Shown piece by piece: positions 13,259 to 26,100 of a stretch of 64,000 nt of DNA. A program made the translations under genes and the position numbers. Source of the DNA: Eledone cirrhosa (lineage: Eukaryota); the NCBI GenBank assembly GCA_964016885.1, contig OZ024740.1:288796001-288860000 (forward strand), read 5' to 3'. The notes under the pieces are model-generated. The model saw only the letters and a list, made by a program, of their open reading frames with translations, did not search any database and was not told the origin of the DNA. Within the stretch, counting starts at the first letter, position 1. Each line of letters starts with the position of its first letter.

Positions 13259-13620
13259 CTTATATATATATATAAATCAGGATGGATTCAGTTGACCATT
13301 ACTCAACAGAGTACTTAATACTTGGGGGTAGTAAAGTATGGTTATACAAAAGAATTGGAACTCTGACGACTGAGCTCTTGCTATATCAACAGCTAATTCC
13401 AGACTGAGTCTGGAACTAGCTGTTTTGAAAATGTATAGATACAAAATATATACATATACAGCTATATGTACATGTAAGGTGTATAAATTTAGGTTTTTTA
13501 GTTTATTTAGCTATCACAGCTAAGTTCTTTTGTGGGCACCATCTTTTGTTTGTGTATGTTGCTAACATTTCTTTTTAACTAATGCTCCTCTACCTTCTGC
13601 TTAATTCATACTTATTTGTA

Positions 13621-13698
<78 letters not shown>

Positions 13699-13925
13699 TT
13701 CCTTTATTATATGGTATTTTATTTTTATATTTAGCTGAATTATGCTCGCTTGGCAGTGTTACAGCTGTTCTTTGCTCTAGCAGTCTTGCATTTGAGTAGG
13801 ATGTTTGCAGCTATAAATATACATATATATGCATATTCCAGGTTTCTTTTGTTTCTTTCCGTCTTCTGTTTTCATTTGTGTTGCAGGCAGCAGTTCGCAT
13901 TTGTCACTTTTGTTGTTATTTTCAG

Positions 13926-14087
13926 CCCGTCTTGCTGTGGCGGGGAAAACGCCCACCATAACTATCACCGAGGACAGCAGCAGCCCACATCATGACGATG
14001 ATGATGAAAGCGATGATTATCTCCGCTTTATTGAAAAGCATCAACAAAAAATGCAACAGCAACAAGCTGCTGCTGCTGCTGGCAAAG
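13926..14087 (+). CDS. 162-nt phase-1 cassette exon (ARLAVAGKTPTITITEDSSSPHHDDDDESDDYLRFIEKHQQKMQQQQAAAAAGK)
   Basis: Pyrimidine tract + TTTCAG|C acceptor, AAAG|GTTAGA donor, 54 codons, frame-compatible. A second in-frame acceptor TTGCAG|G at 13887. Confidence 0.7.
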
Positions 14088-14128
14088 GTTAGATGATTAC
14101 AGAGAAAAAACATTTGAATAACAATTAT

Positions 14129-14201
<73 letters not shown>

Positions 14202-14519
14202 AAAAGAATGGGGTCTTGGTTTGGGTCTGGTTCAAATACCAGGTGTCTAGAAATGTGCATGTAAAAATATATATTTTTATTTAAATAATCATAATAATAA
14301 TAATAATGATTTCTAACATAGACACTAGGCCAAATATTTAGGTGGAGGGTAGCAATCCATTAAAGTACTTCACTGGTACTTTATGTTATTGACCTTGGCA
14401 AAGTTGACCTGGGCAGTATTTGAACAATAATAATGTTGATTTTCTATCATGGTAATTGAACTGTTTTGAGGGAAGACATATAGTCATTTATGACTGAAAG
14501 GGGGTCTTTACCATATAAG

Positions 14520-14551
<32 letters not shown>

Positions 14552-14994
14552 AAGAGAGAATAAGATAATGCAAAGTAGTTGCAGATGTTAGTCCTTTATT
14601 GGTAAGGGTGTGATACATATTCCAAATACGACAGTGGCCACACAATTCCACGTAACCAGTGCCACAATGTTATCAGACAACTTCATTACATAATAAGGTT
14701 ATGTTCTTGAGGCAGTCCAAACTAAAACAACAAGGGAATGGACAAAGATGATGTTTTTGAAGCTTTCACCCATTCCCTAAGTGTGTGTATGTATATATAT
14801 ATATATATATATATATACACCTCTCCAAGACAATGTCACTGGACCGAGATCTTTGGCGGTACTCAGTAATAGAGAAGACCCGCCTTACCTGAATACAAAG
14901 TAAAACCTACTACAGTCAGTAGGCATCTCTAACAAAATACATCCCCGTCCCACCACCCCCACCCCATCCACACCGCCCCTTTCAATGTAAAGTT

Positions 14995-15274
14995 ATGTTG
15001 GTGCCACAACATCCAGGCCGAAACATGAGATCGTGTAGGTGTCACGACAAAAAAACACACAGTCCACTCTGTAATATGGCCGTGTAGGCAACACGGTAAA
15101 AACCTCCCAGTCCCACACTGTAAATGTGGTTGGTGTTAGGAAGGGAATCCAGCTGTAGAAAACCCGCCAGACAGTCCTATGCGAGCAAGACAACCACTCT
15201 TGCCTCAAGTGGGAAAACTCCCGTCCAAACCCATGCAAGCGTGGAACATGGACGTTAAACGATGATGATGATGA
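14995..15274 (+). mobile_element. SINE/LINE 3' fragment ending in (GAT)n
   Basis: Shares AGGAAGGG.ATCCAGCTGTAGAAA..GGACGT.AAA..GATGATG with 15298-15638; reverse copy of its end at 61344-61462. Confidence 0.65.
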
Positions 15275-15297
15275 TATATATATATATATATATATAT

Positions 15298-15638
15298 GGA
15301 GGCACATGGCTTAGTGGTTAGAGCATTGGCCTTGCAATCGAAAGGTTATGAGTTCAATTCTCAGACCGGGTGATGTGTTGTTTCCTTGAGCAAGGCACTT
15401 TATTTCACATTGCTCCAGTTTACTCAGCTGTAGAAATGAGATGATAGGGACTGGGGCCCCTATCATTTCCACTGCAAAGTGGTCGTGGAGGTGCCACGGC
15501 AAAAAAGCACCCAGCACTCACTGTAAATGAGGCTGGTGTTGGGAAGGGCATCCAGCTGTAGAAATCAAGCTAGAATCAGTTCCCGTCCCACCCTTGCAAG
15601 CAGGGAAAAGTGGACGTAAAATGAAATGATGATGATGA
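15298..15638 (+). mobile_element. tRNA-derived SINE, family 2 (CORE-like centre, (GAT)n tail)
   Basis: A box TGGCTTAGTGG, B box GAGTTCAATTCTC, CCTTGAGCAAGGCACTTTATTTCAC body; near-identical copy at 63851-64000. Confidence 0.8.
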
Positions 15639-16488
15639 TATATATATATATATATAGTTCTTCAGAGAGATATGAATGCCACATACTTTCTTTCCATTGC
15701 TCTATAAAAAGCCAGAAAATCCAATTTGTAATCCAACCCCTCAGTTAGAAAAGGCAAACTATAAGAGAACTGTATCTCTTGAGATTAGATTCAGTCTCTG
15801 TCTTTATAGGAAGGCATGGATGTCACATAATCAGATTCCTCCACTAAAGCTTAAGGGTTAACTTTTAATCTATTAATCTCTCACTTTAATCTCTTCAGAA
15901 TCAATAAGTACCATTAATATTCTATGGAAGGAATTATACCTTTTGCAAACAAATATTGGTCTTGGTCTTTAGAAATCATTATTGAAATTATTGTTGTTAT
16001 TATTAACTGTTGCTTGCTTTGTGCCTGGAATATTGTGCTGATATTGCCTTTTCTTTGTTCTATTGTTTTCTTCTTCATTGAATAATTTTATTTTTATTTT
16101 CACAGTATCTATTTTTTTTATTTTTACTCTTTTTTTTTCTTGGATCCAGTCTCTTTCCTGTTTTGATCTAATTTTATGGATTGAGGCACCACAAAAATGC
16201 ACATAGACGCACATAATTATATCCGTGTCAAAGCTGAATGTTTTGGTGTCTTCTGATGACACCACAAACCCACTATCAACTATTTAAAGACAGTGTATAA
16301 GCAAAATCAGTATAATATAGAGTTCAACTTTGTCTTTCACCCTTCAGAGGTAAATAAAATAAGAACTTGTTAAGTACTAAGGTGAAGTTAATCTACTATA
16401 TCTACTCTACAAAAAATGCTTGGTTTTGTGCCAACAATAATGATGGTAATGGTTTCTGATTTAGGCACAAGGCTAGCAATTTATATGA

Positions 16489-16560
16489 TATTTCATCTGA
16501 TGAACGAACTAGACGTTTGTTAGAATCATCTAATTTCATGAAACCTTGGGTAATAGAATA
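16489..16560 (+). ncRNA. Degenerate minimal type I hammerhead-like motif, probably from a Penelope-like element terminal repeat
   Basis: CTGATGA (16497-16503), imperfect stem II, GAAA (16540-16543), short stem III, GTA site, stem I TATTTCAT/ATAGAATA. Confidence 0.45.
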
Positions 16561-16652
16561 ATTATATTGTGTTGTTTATTATATAATTAAATAGCTCTGT
16601 ACTATACATAGAGCACTCTTCTTTCCTTTACCTTTTCTACAGAAATACATAA

Positions 16653-16694
<42 letters not shown>

Positions 16695-17571
16695 CCAATT
16701 AATTTTTGCAACAATCATACTTGGTTAATCTTCTGTAAAGGCCATTATGACAACAATAAGCTATACTCTGTAGAGGCCAGTATGTCAACAATAACGGGTC
16801 CTTTATAGAAACCTGTATATTAACTGTAACAGGCCTGTTTCCCTGTAAAAGTTAGTATCTATTGCATTAAGTTAGCAGTGTGTAGGTTTTCCTCTTTTTC
16901 TCTCACTCCTTCTCTCCAACTCATCAATCTGATTTTTTATTTTCTCTCCAGAACTTCAAGACACAACAAACTTTATAAATTACAAAAGAAAAAAAAAAGA
17001 AAAAAGAAACATTCTCAGTTCTAAATAAAAATGCTGTGAAACTCTTTCTCTGATTATTAAAATCTTCTAATTTTGTGAAAGATATAATTTTACTAAAATA
17101 TATGGGGCAAGAAGGGTGATCAATATTCCTGATCAGCTTTGAGACTTATAAAGTCAAAACTGAGATGACGTTTTTAAATAAAATTAACTGCTTTTTTTTT
17201 AAGTTTCGTCTCTCAAATTTTTCAAAATACACTCATAAAAGATTGTTAAATCTAAATAACTGATCGTTTCCTTTTTGTACTTTTTAGCAACTGATCTCTT
17301 GTTTTTGTTTGTTATCTAAACAGTCTCTGGTCATTCAGTGGGTCTTTTTTTTATTTTTTTTTTAGCAATTTTACTGCACACCGGTTCTTTATTTTTCTGT
17401 CTGTTTTCATCACTTTCACATGTGTGTCTATCACTTTACCTCTTTGTTTCTTTACCCCCTATGTTTTTGATCCTCCCTCGTTACTATTGTTTGTTTTTGT
17501 TCTGGTTTACTCTTTATCTGCTTGTTCTGGTGTAAATTAATATATTGACTAATCCCTTCTTTTACTAGCAG

Positions 17572-17622
17572 GTCAAGAGCCAATTACCACAGTGTCCTCT
17601 GAACACCATGAGGAAGAATCAG
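17572..17622 (+). CDS. 51-nt phase-1 microexon (GQEPITTVSSEHHEEES) with NAGNAG acceptor
   Basis: Branch-like TGACTAAT, pyrimidine tract, TAGCAG tandem acceptor (17569/17572), TCAG|GTAACG donor; 17 codons, no stop. Confidence 0.7.
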
Positions 17623-17842
17623 GTAACGTTGAAACCTCTTGATGCTATGCTATGCTGTCTGTTGCATCTAGTCATCTATCTATATGTTTCACATAAACAG
17701 TTTTTATTTTATCCCCACATATTATTATTATTATTATTATTTTTGTCTTTTTTGCCTCATTGTTGTTCGCTACAATTGATCAATCCTTTTTGTATTATGA
17801 CTATTTGTATTATGCACCCATCCACACACACACATGGAAATA

Positions 17843-17896
<54 letters not shown>

Positions 17897-18505
17897 CCAT
17901 GTGTGGGTGTATGAGAGAGAAGAATTATGTAAAACAATATAGAGAATATAAATTAATTCTATATAGAAATGTGTGTAGCTAACCTTGGTCTAAGATATCT
18001 TTAGATATACCTAAAGGTAGCATACTGACCTGACAATAAATATAAAGAGAAAAAGATTGTGATTTTGACCTAGTAGGGTCAATGGTTCTGTGAAACCCAA
18101 CGTAATTGAAATTCCAATTTTTCTTTTGTTTGTCCCATGTCGTCTGTCTGTGGAACATCCAAAACTATCTCATAACCAGGCTAAATATTTACATTGATAT
18201 GTACTTATTTTTTAACTGGTTTCAGTCACTTGACTGTAGCCATGCTAGCGCACACCTTTAAAGATTTTAGTTGATTGTATCAACCCCAGTACTTATCTCA
18301 GTCTGATGTATATTTTATCAAGCTCTATTTGTCGAATTGCTTAGTTAAATTTTTGACATAAATGGCCACAACTCGACACAGTCAGTTTACACTGATAAAT
18401 GTAGACTCACATACACACATATAAATATATATACACACACACTCACAAGCTTCCACAAAATCCCCATCAATCAAATTCCACTCACAAGGTATTGGTCAAC
18501 CTATG

Positions 18506-18565
<60 letters not shown>

Positions 18566-20159
18566 TATATATACACACACACATACACACAAGGTGCAGC
18601 AGAAAAACCTCCCATACACGATCAATCGTTAAAATGTGGGAGGTATTTTTTCCTCACCCTGCATATACACATACATGCACAGGCGCACTATTTTTATATT
18701 GTTCATAGTACCTTCTAGAAGAATAGAAAGAAATTATCATCAGCATGTCAATAGATGATGATTTAAGAATAGTTTCTGGGGAGAGGAGGAGGGTCCCAGC
18801 CTAAACTCACCACCTCCTAACATCCCAAAAGTGCATGAAAGCATTGATGTGTAATTACCCCCCCCCCCCTCACATCCCCCTTCCTGTTCCTCTGAAGTGA
18901 ACCCAATTCAATACTTTTTTTTTAATAATTTTATTTTAACATTTAAGCATTCCCACATTTGTATTGGGCCCTTTTTCTTTATTGTGTATGTTCATTTTCT
19001 TTATTTAGTGTTGTACCATTATAGTTTTTTCCCTTTTTCACCACTGAATATCATAGTTGATCAATTTATCCCTTACCCTCACTGATGTATCTTACTTAAT
19101 CCATGATTTCTGCACTGTGTATGTTGTCTTTTTTTTTGTTTGTTTATTTCTTTAATCATATATTGTTTTTTTTTTATTATTTTTTATATGCATTAATATT
19201 TTTGTTATTGTTTTTTTTTTATATTTATTTTTATTTCTTCCAATTAAAGCTGTTTTATTCCCTGTCTGCATTGTCAAGCTTGTTTACTATATATATATAT
19301 ATATCACTTGATAATCTTATGATAAGGTGATATATCATCTTGGGTGTTTATTAAATGTTCTAGAGTATCCTGGAATGATATACCAATCAGTAAAAGAGTG
19401 ATTTCCATTTGTCCCATTAACCAGAATAGCTGAAATGAGGCCTGAACATCTGGCCCTTTTTTAATTTTTACAACTTTAAATTATCAACTTCAAGAAAATT
19501 CCTTCCAATTAACATTTATCTCTCCAAAATTCCTGCTTTGTCAGAGAAGCAGATGATCTAAACTCAAAGTATTTAACTTTAAGTTGACCCTAAGTTTTTG
19601 GCTATGTCATTTGTGAAATTCCTAATTTTTTGATTTCACTCAAAAGGGTTGTGGTATATCCAGGCTTCTCATTACAATAATTATAATTAATAATTAATAA
19701 TTCTGTTCAGAACATTTCATTATTAATCAGGTTAAAATGAGCTTCAATTAATTAACTATTTTTTTTTCTTTATTCCATCTTAACTCTCTATTAATTATAA
19801 CTCTGAATTTAAATTTAAATTTATATACATATGCTCTCACACACTGTTACACAAATGAACACACACACACACATATACAGAAATACATGTAAATGTATAA
19901 AATATGTATCAATGTGTGTCTGTATGTGTATCTTTTTAATGTTCACATTTTAGATACAATAATAACTAATATATGTACTGTTCAAACCAAAACACTGTAA
20001 ACATTTTCCTTCTAATAACAATTTCCATTTTACTCATCTTGAAATCTCTCCTTTTTAATGCTTGCATTTCGGATTGCTGTCGGATTTTTTTTTTTTTTTG
20101 TCTCCTTTTAAATATTAAACAAATTTAAAAAAAAAACTTGACAAAATAACCCTTGTTAG

Positions 20160-23100
20160 ATGATGAGAGCGAGGGTAAAAGAAGATCAGTTGCTTCTATT
20201 ATTCAAATGTTTGAGCAAACATCTGACACTGCCTTGCAAAGTTCGGCTACAGACATTGTTCGTGAAGTCCAGAAATCAGCACAGGCAACATTACGTAAAG
20301 AATCCAAGGAATTCACAAAACAAGACTCTTCTGAATGGGTTGTCATTGACAACAGCGATCTTGATGGCTTTGATGCTGAAAAAGTACCATCAGCCAATGG
20401 CACTTATGAAAAAACAGAAGATTCTGCTTCAAAGGTAGAAGAATGGGTAAAAGTCTCTGCTGTCAAAGAAAAATTTGAGGACAAAATTAAAAATGGCTCC
20501 GTGTCTGAAAAGACTGTTGTTCGTGAAGTCACCAAAGTTGAAACTACTGTAGAAAAGCAAAAAGCTCCAGAAAAAGATGATGTAGAACAACCTTATGGTG
20601 TCCCAGAACTGCCCGACACCCACTTCAAGACTCCTTCTGATGATGAAAATCTTGATTTTTCTGAAAAATTGAAATTATTTACTGGCAAACATGCCCAAAG
20701 TTATTATGTCACAACTCAAGCCGATGAATTATTAAGCTCCGATGAAGAAACGCCGGACACCACCTCTAAAGGAAGTGAAAGGTCATACCAAACCGCATCT
20801 GAAACGAGTGAAATCCGATCCGAAACCGTTAAAGTGTCTTCTGCAGTAGAACAAAAAAGTGAAGTCGTTGAAGAACGACGTGAAAGCACTTCATCGTTGA
20901 TTGCCAAGTTTGAAGAAGTTACAAATCGTGAAAAATCTCTGAAGAAAGAAGCCATGTCATTTGACAAGGATAATAGAGAGACAGTACAGAAAGAAATGAC
21001 AAAATCTTGGAAAACTGATTCTTCTCAAAGTACAGTTCAGGAAAAGAATGAAAGTTACATATTCCAAGAGAAAAAAGAAAGTGTTTCTTCACACAGCTTT
21101 CAACCTGAGCAAAAGACAACATCAGAAGCGAAAGAAAAACAAAGTGAAACTCCTGATTTGAAGGAAGTTTTCAAAGAGAATAAAGGAATTGTGTCATCGG
21201 TTGAGAAGAGCTTCAAAACTGAAACAACTGAAATGAAGCAGAAAGTAGAATATTCTATAAATGATGGCAAAGTAAAAGAAGTCTTCACTGCTGAAGATAG
21301 CCAAATTTTATCATCTGAGACTTTGGACAAAACTATATCATCATTTGATAAAGATATTTCACCAGCACCTAAGGATAAATCACCTTCACCAGAAACTCAG
21401 CTGAAGACACCCTCCCCAGAACTTAAGGAAAAAGCTCCTTCACCAGAGCCACAACTTAAGTCTCCTTCACCAGAACCAAAAGATAAGTCTCCTTCACCAG
21501 AACCTAAAGATAAGACCCCCTCACCACTACAACTGAAGTCAAAGTCCCCCTCACCAGAACCTAAAGATAAGACCCCCTCACCACTACAACTGAAGTCAAA
21601 GTCCCCCTCACCAGAACCTAAAGATAAGACCCCCTCACCACTACAACTGAAGTCAAAGTCCCCCTCACCAGAACCTAAAGATAAGACCCCCTCACCACGC
21701 CAACTGAAGTCCAAGTCCCCCTCACCAGAACCTAAAGATAAGACCCCCTCACCACTCCAACTGAAGTCCAAGTCCCCCTCACCAGAACCTAAAGATAAGA
21801 CTCCCTCACCACTCCAACTGAAGTCCAAGACCCCCTTACCAGAACCTAAAGATAAGACACCCTCACCACTCCAACTGAAGTCCAAGTCCCCCTCACCAGA
21901 ACCTAAAGATAAGACCCTCTCACCACTCCAACTGAAATCCAAGTCCCCCTCACCAGAACTTAAGGAAAAAGCTCCTTCACCAGAGCCACAACTTAAGTCT
22001 CCTTCACCAGAACTTGAAGATAAGATACCCTCACCACTACAACTGAAGTCAAAGTCCCCCTCACCAGAACCTAAAGATAAGACCCTCTCACCACTCCAAC
22101 TGAAATCCAAGTCCCCCTCACCAGAACTTAAGGAAAAAGCTCCTTCACCAGAACCACAACTTAAGTCCCCTTCACCAGAACCAAAATATAAGTCAACTTC
22201 ACCAGAACCTAAAGATAAGAGCCCCTCACCACTACAACTGAAGTCAAAGTCCCCCTCACCAGAACCTAAAGATAAGACCCTCTCACCACTCCAACTGAAG
22301 TCCAAGTCCCCCTCACCAGAACTTAAGGAAAAAGCTCCTTCACCAGAGCCACAACTTAAGTCCCCTTCACCAGAACCAAAATATAAGTCAACTTCACCAG
22401 AACCTAAAGATAAGAGCCCCTCACCACTACAACTGAAGTCAAAGTCCCCCTCACCAGAACCTAAAGATAAGACCCTCTCACCACTCCAACTGAAGTCCAA
22501 GTCCCCCTCACCAGAACTTAAGGAAAAAGCTCCTTCACCAGAGCCACAACTTAAGTCCCCTTCACCAGAACCAAAATATAAGTCAACTTCACCAGAACCT
22601 AAAGATAAGACGCCCTCACCACTACAACTGAAGTCAAAGTCCCCTTCACCAGAACCTAAAGATAAGGCCCTCTCACCACTCCAATTGAAGTCCAAGTCCC
22701 CCTCACCAGAACTTAAGGAAAAAGCTCCTTCACCAGAGCCACAACTTAAGTCTCCTTCACCAGAACCAAAATATAAGTCAACTTCACCAGAACCTAAAGA
22801 TAAGACCCCCTCACCACTACAACTGAAGTCAAAGTCCCCCTCACCAGAACCTAAAGATAAGACCCCCTCACCACCCCAACTAAAGTCAAAGTCCCCCTCA
22901 CCAGAACCTAAAGATAAGACCCCCTCACCACTCCAACTGAAGTCCAAGTCCCCCTCACCAGAACCTAAAGATAAGACCCCCTCACCACTCCAACTGAAGT
23001 CAAAGTCCTCCTCACCAGAACCTAAAGATAAGACCCCCTCACCACTCCAACTGAAGTCCAAGTCCCCCTCACCAGAACCTAAAGATAAGACCCCTTCACC

Positions 23101-26100
23101 ACTCCAACTGAAGTCCAAGTCCCCCTCACCAGAACCTAAAGATAAGACCCCGTCACCACTCCAACTGAAGTCAAAGTCCTCCTCACCAGAACCTAAAGAT
23201 AAGACACCCTCACCACTCCAACTGAAGTCCAAGTCCCCCTCACCAGAACCTAAAGATAAGACCCCTTCACCACTCCAACTGAAGTCCAAGTCCCCCTCAC
23301 CAGAACCTAAAGAGAAAACTCCTTCACCAAAACCTAAAGATAAGTCACCTTCACCACCTCATCTTAAGTCAAAGTCTCCCTCACCAGAACCTAAAGATAA
23401 GTTGCCCTCACCACTCCATCTGAAGTCCAAGTCCCCCTCACCTGAACCTAAAGATAAGACCCCTTCACCACTACACCTCAAGTCAAAGTCCCCCTCACCA
23501 AAGTCTAAAGACAAGTCTCCTTCCCCACCACATATGAAGTCAAAATCTCCCTCACCTCTCCACCTGAAGTCAAAGTCTCCCTCACCAGAACCTAAAGAGA
23601 AAACTCCCTCACCCAAAACAAAAGACAAGTCTCCCTCACCACCTCATCTGAAGTCAAAGACTCCCTCACTGTCTCCCTTGAAATCCAAGTCTCCTTCACC
23701 AGAACCTAAAGATAAGTCTCCCTCCCCAGCTCGCATGAAGTCAAAGTCTCCCTCACCATCTCCCTTGAAATCCAAGTCTCCCTCACCAGAATCTAAAGAG
23801 AAAACTCCTTCACCAAAACCTAAAGATAAGTCACCCTCCCCACCTCATCTTAAGTCCAAGTCCCCCTCACCAGAACCTAAAGATAAATCACCCGCACCAC
23901 TCCACCTGAAGTCAAAGTCCCCTTCACCAGAACCTAAAGATAAGACTCCCTCACCAAGGCTGCAATTGAAGTCGCCTTCACCAAAAGCTAAGGATAAGTC
24001 TCCTTCACCACCTCACCTGAAATCCAAGTCTCCCTCACCAGAACCTAAAGAAAAGACTCCCTCACCAAAACCTAAAGACAAGTCACCATCACCAGAACCT
24101 CAGCTGAAAGCACCCTCACCAGAGCCTCAAGCCTCTGAAATTTGTCCTAAGCCTTATGATGAAGAGGATTTTGAAATTATTGAAAAGGAGGAAATTTTGG
24201 AAGCCAAGATTTCCTTAGAGCGCCAAACACCGTTCGACCCAGCTGCTATTGATCTTTCATCAACTGAAAAGGTTTGTCCTCCAAAACAACAAGGAGCAGA
24301 GCCACCAGATGATGGCCTTCAAACACAACTAAAAGAAGAACCTCACAGAGATACTGATTATGAAATCTCAAGGAGAGAAGTTTTTTTAGAAAAGGAATCT
24401 CGCAGTTTCTATTCATCGAAACCTGAGCCATCAATCTTAAGTGATTCTGTTAAAAAGGATCTACACACAGTTGTTTCCTCAACTACTATCAAGGAAGTGT
24501 CATCCACCATTACTGAACACACAACCAAGTTAGTTGAAGATAAAGATAAGGAAAGAACAACCCTATCTAGTGATAAATATTTTCTTCCAAAAAACGAGGA
24601 GAGATCTCCTGTGTGTGATGACATACAGGAGAGTAAAGTAGAGAGTGTGTCAGCAGACAGTGTTAAAGTTTCACCTGTGGAACAAAAAATTACCAGAAAA
24701 TCATCCTCTGGTGAACTGTTTGAGATCTCTCGGCAAGAAGAAAAAATGATCATAGACTCTCCTGAAAAACTAGAAATTCATGACTGGCAAACCTCAGCCC
24801 CAGAAGTCACTGAACGGTTTGATAGACAGGCTGAATCCATGTCAGATGAGAGTTTGGTTGAAGTTCAACTTGATGCTTTAAAAGAAGATATCAGAGAAAA
24901 AGTCCTTGAAGAAAACCAAGAAAGATCTATCAAACAATTGCAACAATTGCAAGATGTTTCAGATGAGGAATCAGATGAAATATTTACACATACTGATCAA
25001 AGAATGAAAGAGGAATTCACTGAGAAGCCACATGAAGATTCTGAGAAAAGGTTATCCTCAGCAGAATCCTCTGGTTTGTCACCAACAAAAGATCTTAAAA
25101 AAGATGTGGGTGACCGAACTGAGATAACTTATGAATTCCCTGTACAAGAAGACATGTCTTCAGATGAAGGGTCAAAGGGTAGTTCTCTAGAAATATTCCT
25201 TTCGCATGAAAAGATCTGTCAGGAAGAAGAAGAGTATATATCACACAAAGACCAAACATCTGTTACTCGTGAACAGCGAGTTTCCACAGTAACATCGGAA
25301 TATAAAACATCAAGTACATCTGAAATTAGAGAAGAAAGTACCAGCACAGAAGTGAAACCTGCATATCCAAGTAAAATTTCCCAAGAATATCGTGTGGAAG
25401 ATGAGCAGGATATGACATCAGATGAAGAAACATCTGAAGAAATCCCTGAATCTGAGACCTCAAAGAAAACAGCATCTCAGTTTAGTTCCATTCTATCAGA
25501 GGAAGCTACGTATTTTGAAATCAACAGACAAGAGCAGTACATGAAAGTTGAGTCACCTGAAAAAATTGAATTTAAAACACCGGCCAAAAGCGATGGTCTT
25601 AGTTTTAGTGCCGATCCTTTTTTAGTATCTAGTGCCTTGGCACATGAAACATCGGTGGAGAGTATTAGAAGCATTCCCAAAGTGGAATCTCCCCTTACTG
25701 AAGAATCTCCAAAACATGTAGCCAAGGATGACACTTCTGACCGAACTGACGAGAAATATTCTGTTGACCTCTCTACTTTACAAAAGCAGTCAGAGGCTAA
25801 ATTTAAAGATACTTCAATTCACAATTTCCAGGAAGAGAAATATATGTCCAGTGATGAAGAAAGTGATGTTGATGATACTGATCATGTTGACATAATGGCA
25901 GAAATGGAGTATATGTCTAAATCACAGAGCACAGATGTCACAGATGAAATGGAGAAGAGATCTGAAGATATCACTGATAGTGGATTTAAAAGTGGAGCTG
26001 ATGATGATTTACTAAAGAGGAGTACTGATAAAGATCAAATGGATTTTACAAAACCATTTCCTTTTCAAACGTTTGAGGAACAACTTCTTAAAGAACAGGT

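Noticed and set aside
15298-15375. tRNA-like sequences with A and B boxes (also 59645, 63851)
   Set aside because: SINE heads continuing into SINE bodies; no complete cloverleaf.
20153-20159. ORF-track starts (TTG 20153, GTG 33478, ATG 48311) as separate single-exon genes
   Set aside because: Each long ORF has a phase-1 acceptor near its start and a phase-1 donor shortly before its stop, indicating internal exons.
21397-23289. 630-aa antisense ORF (SGEG repeats)
   Set aside because: Mirror of the KSPSP array; the repeat unit lacks stops in that frame and the ORF is confined to the array.
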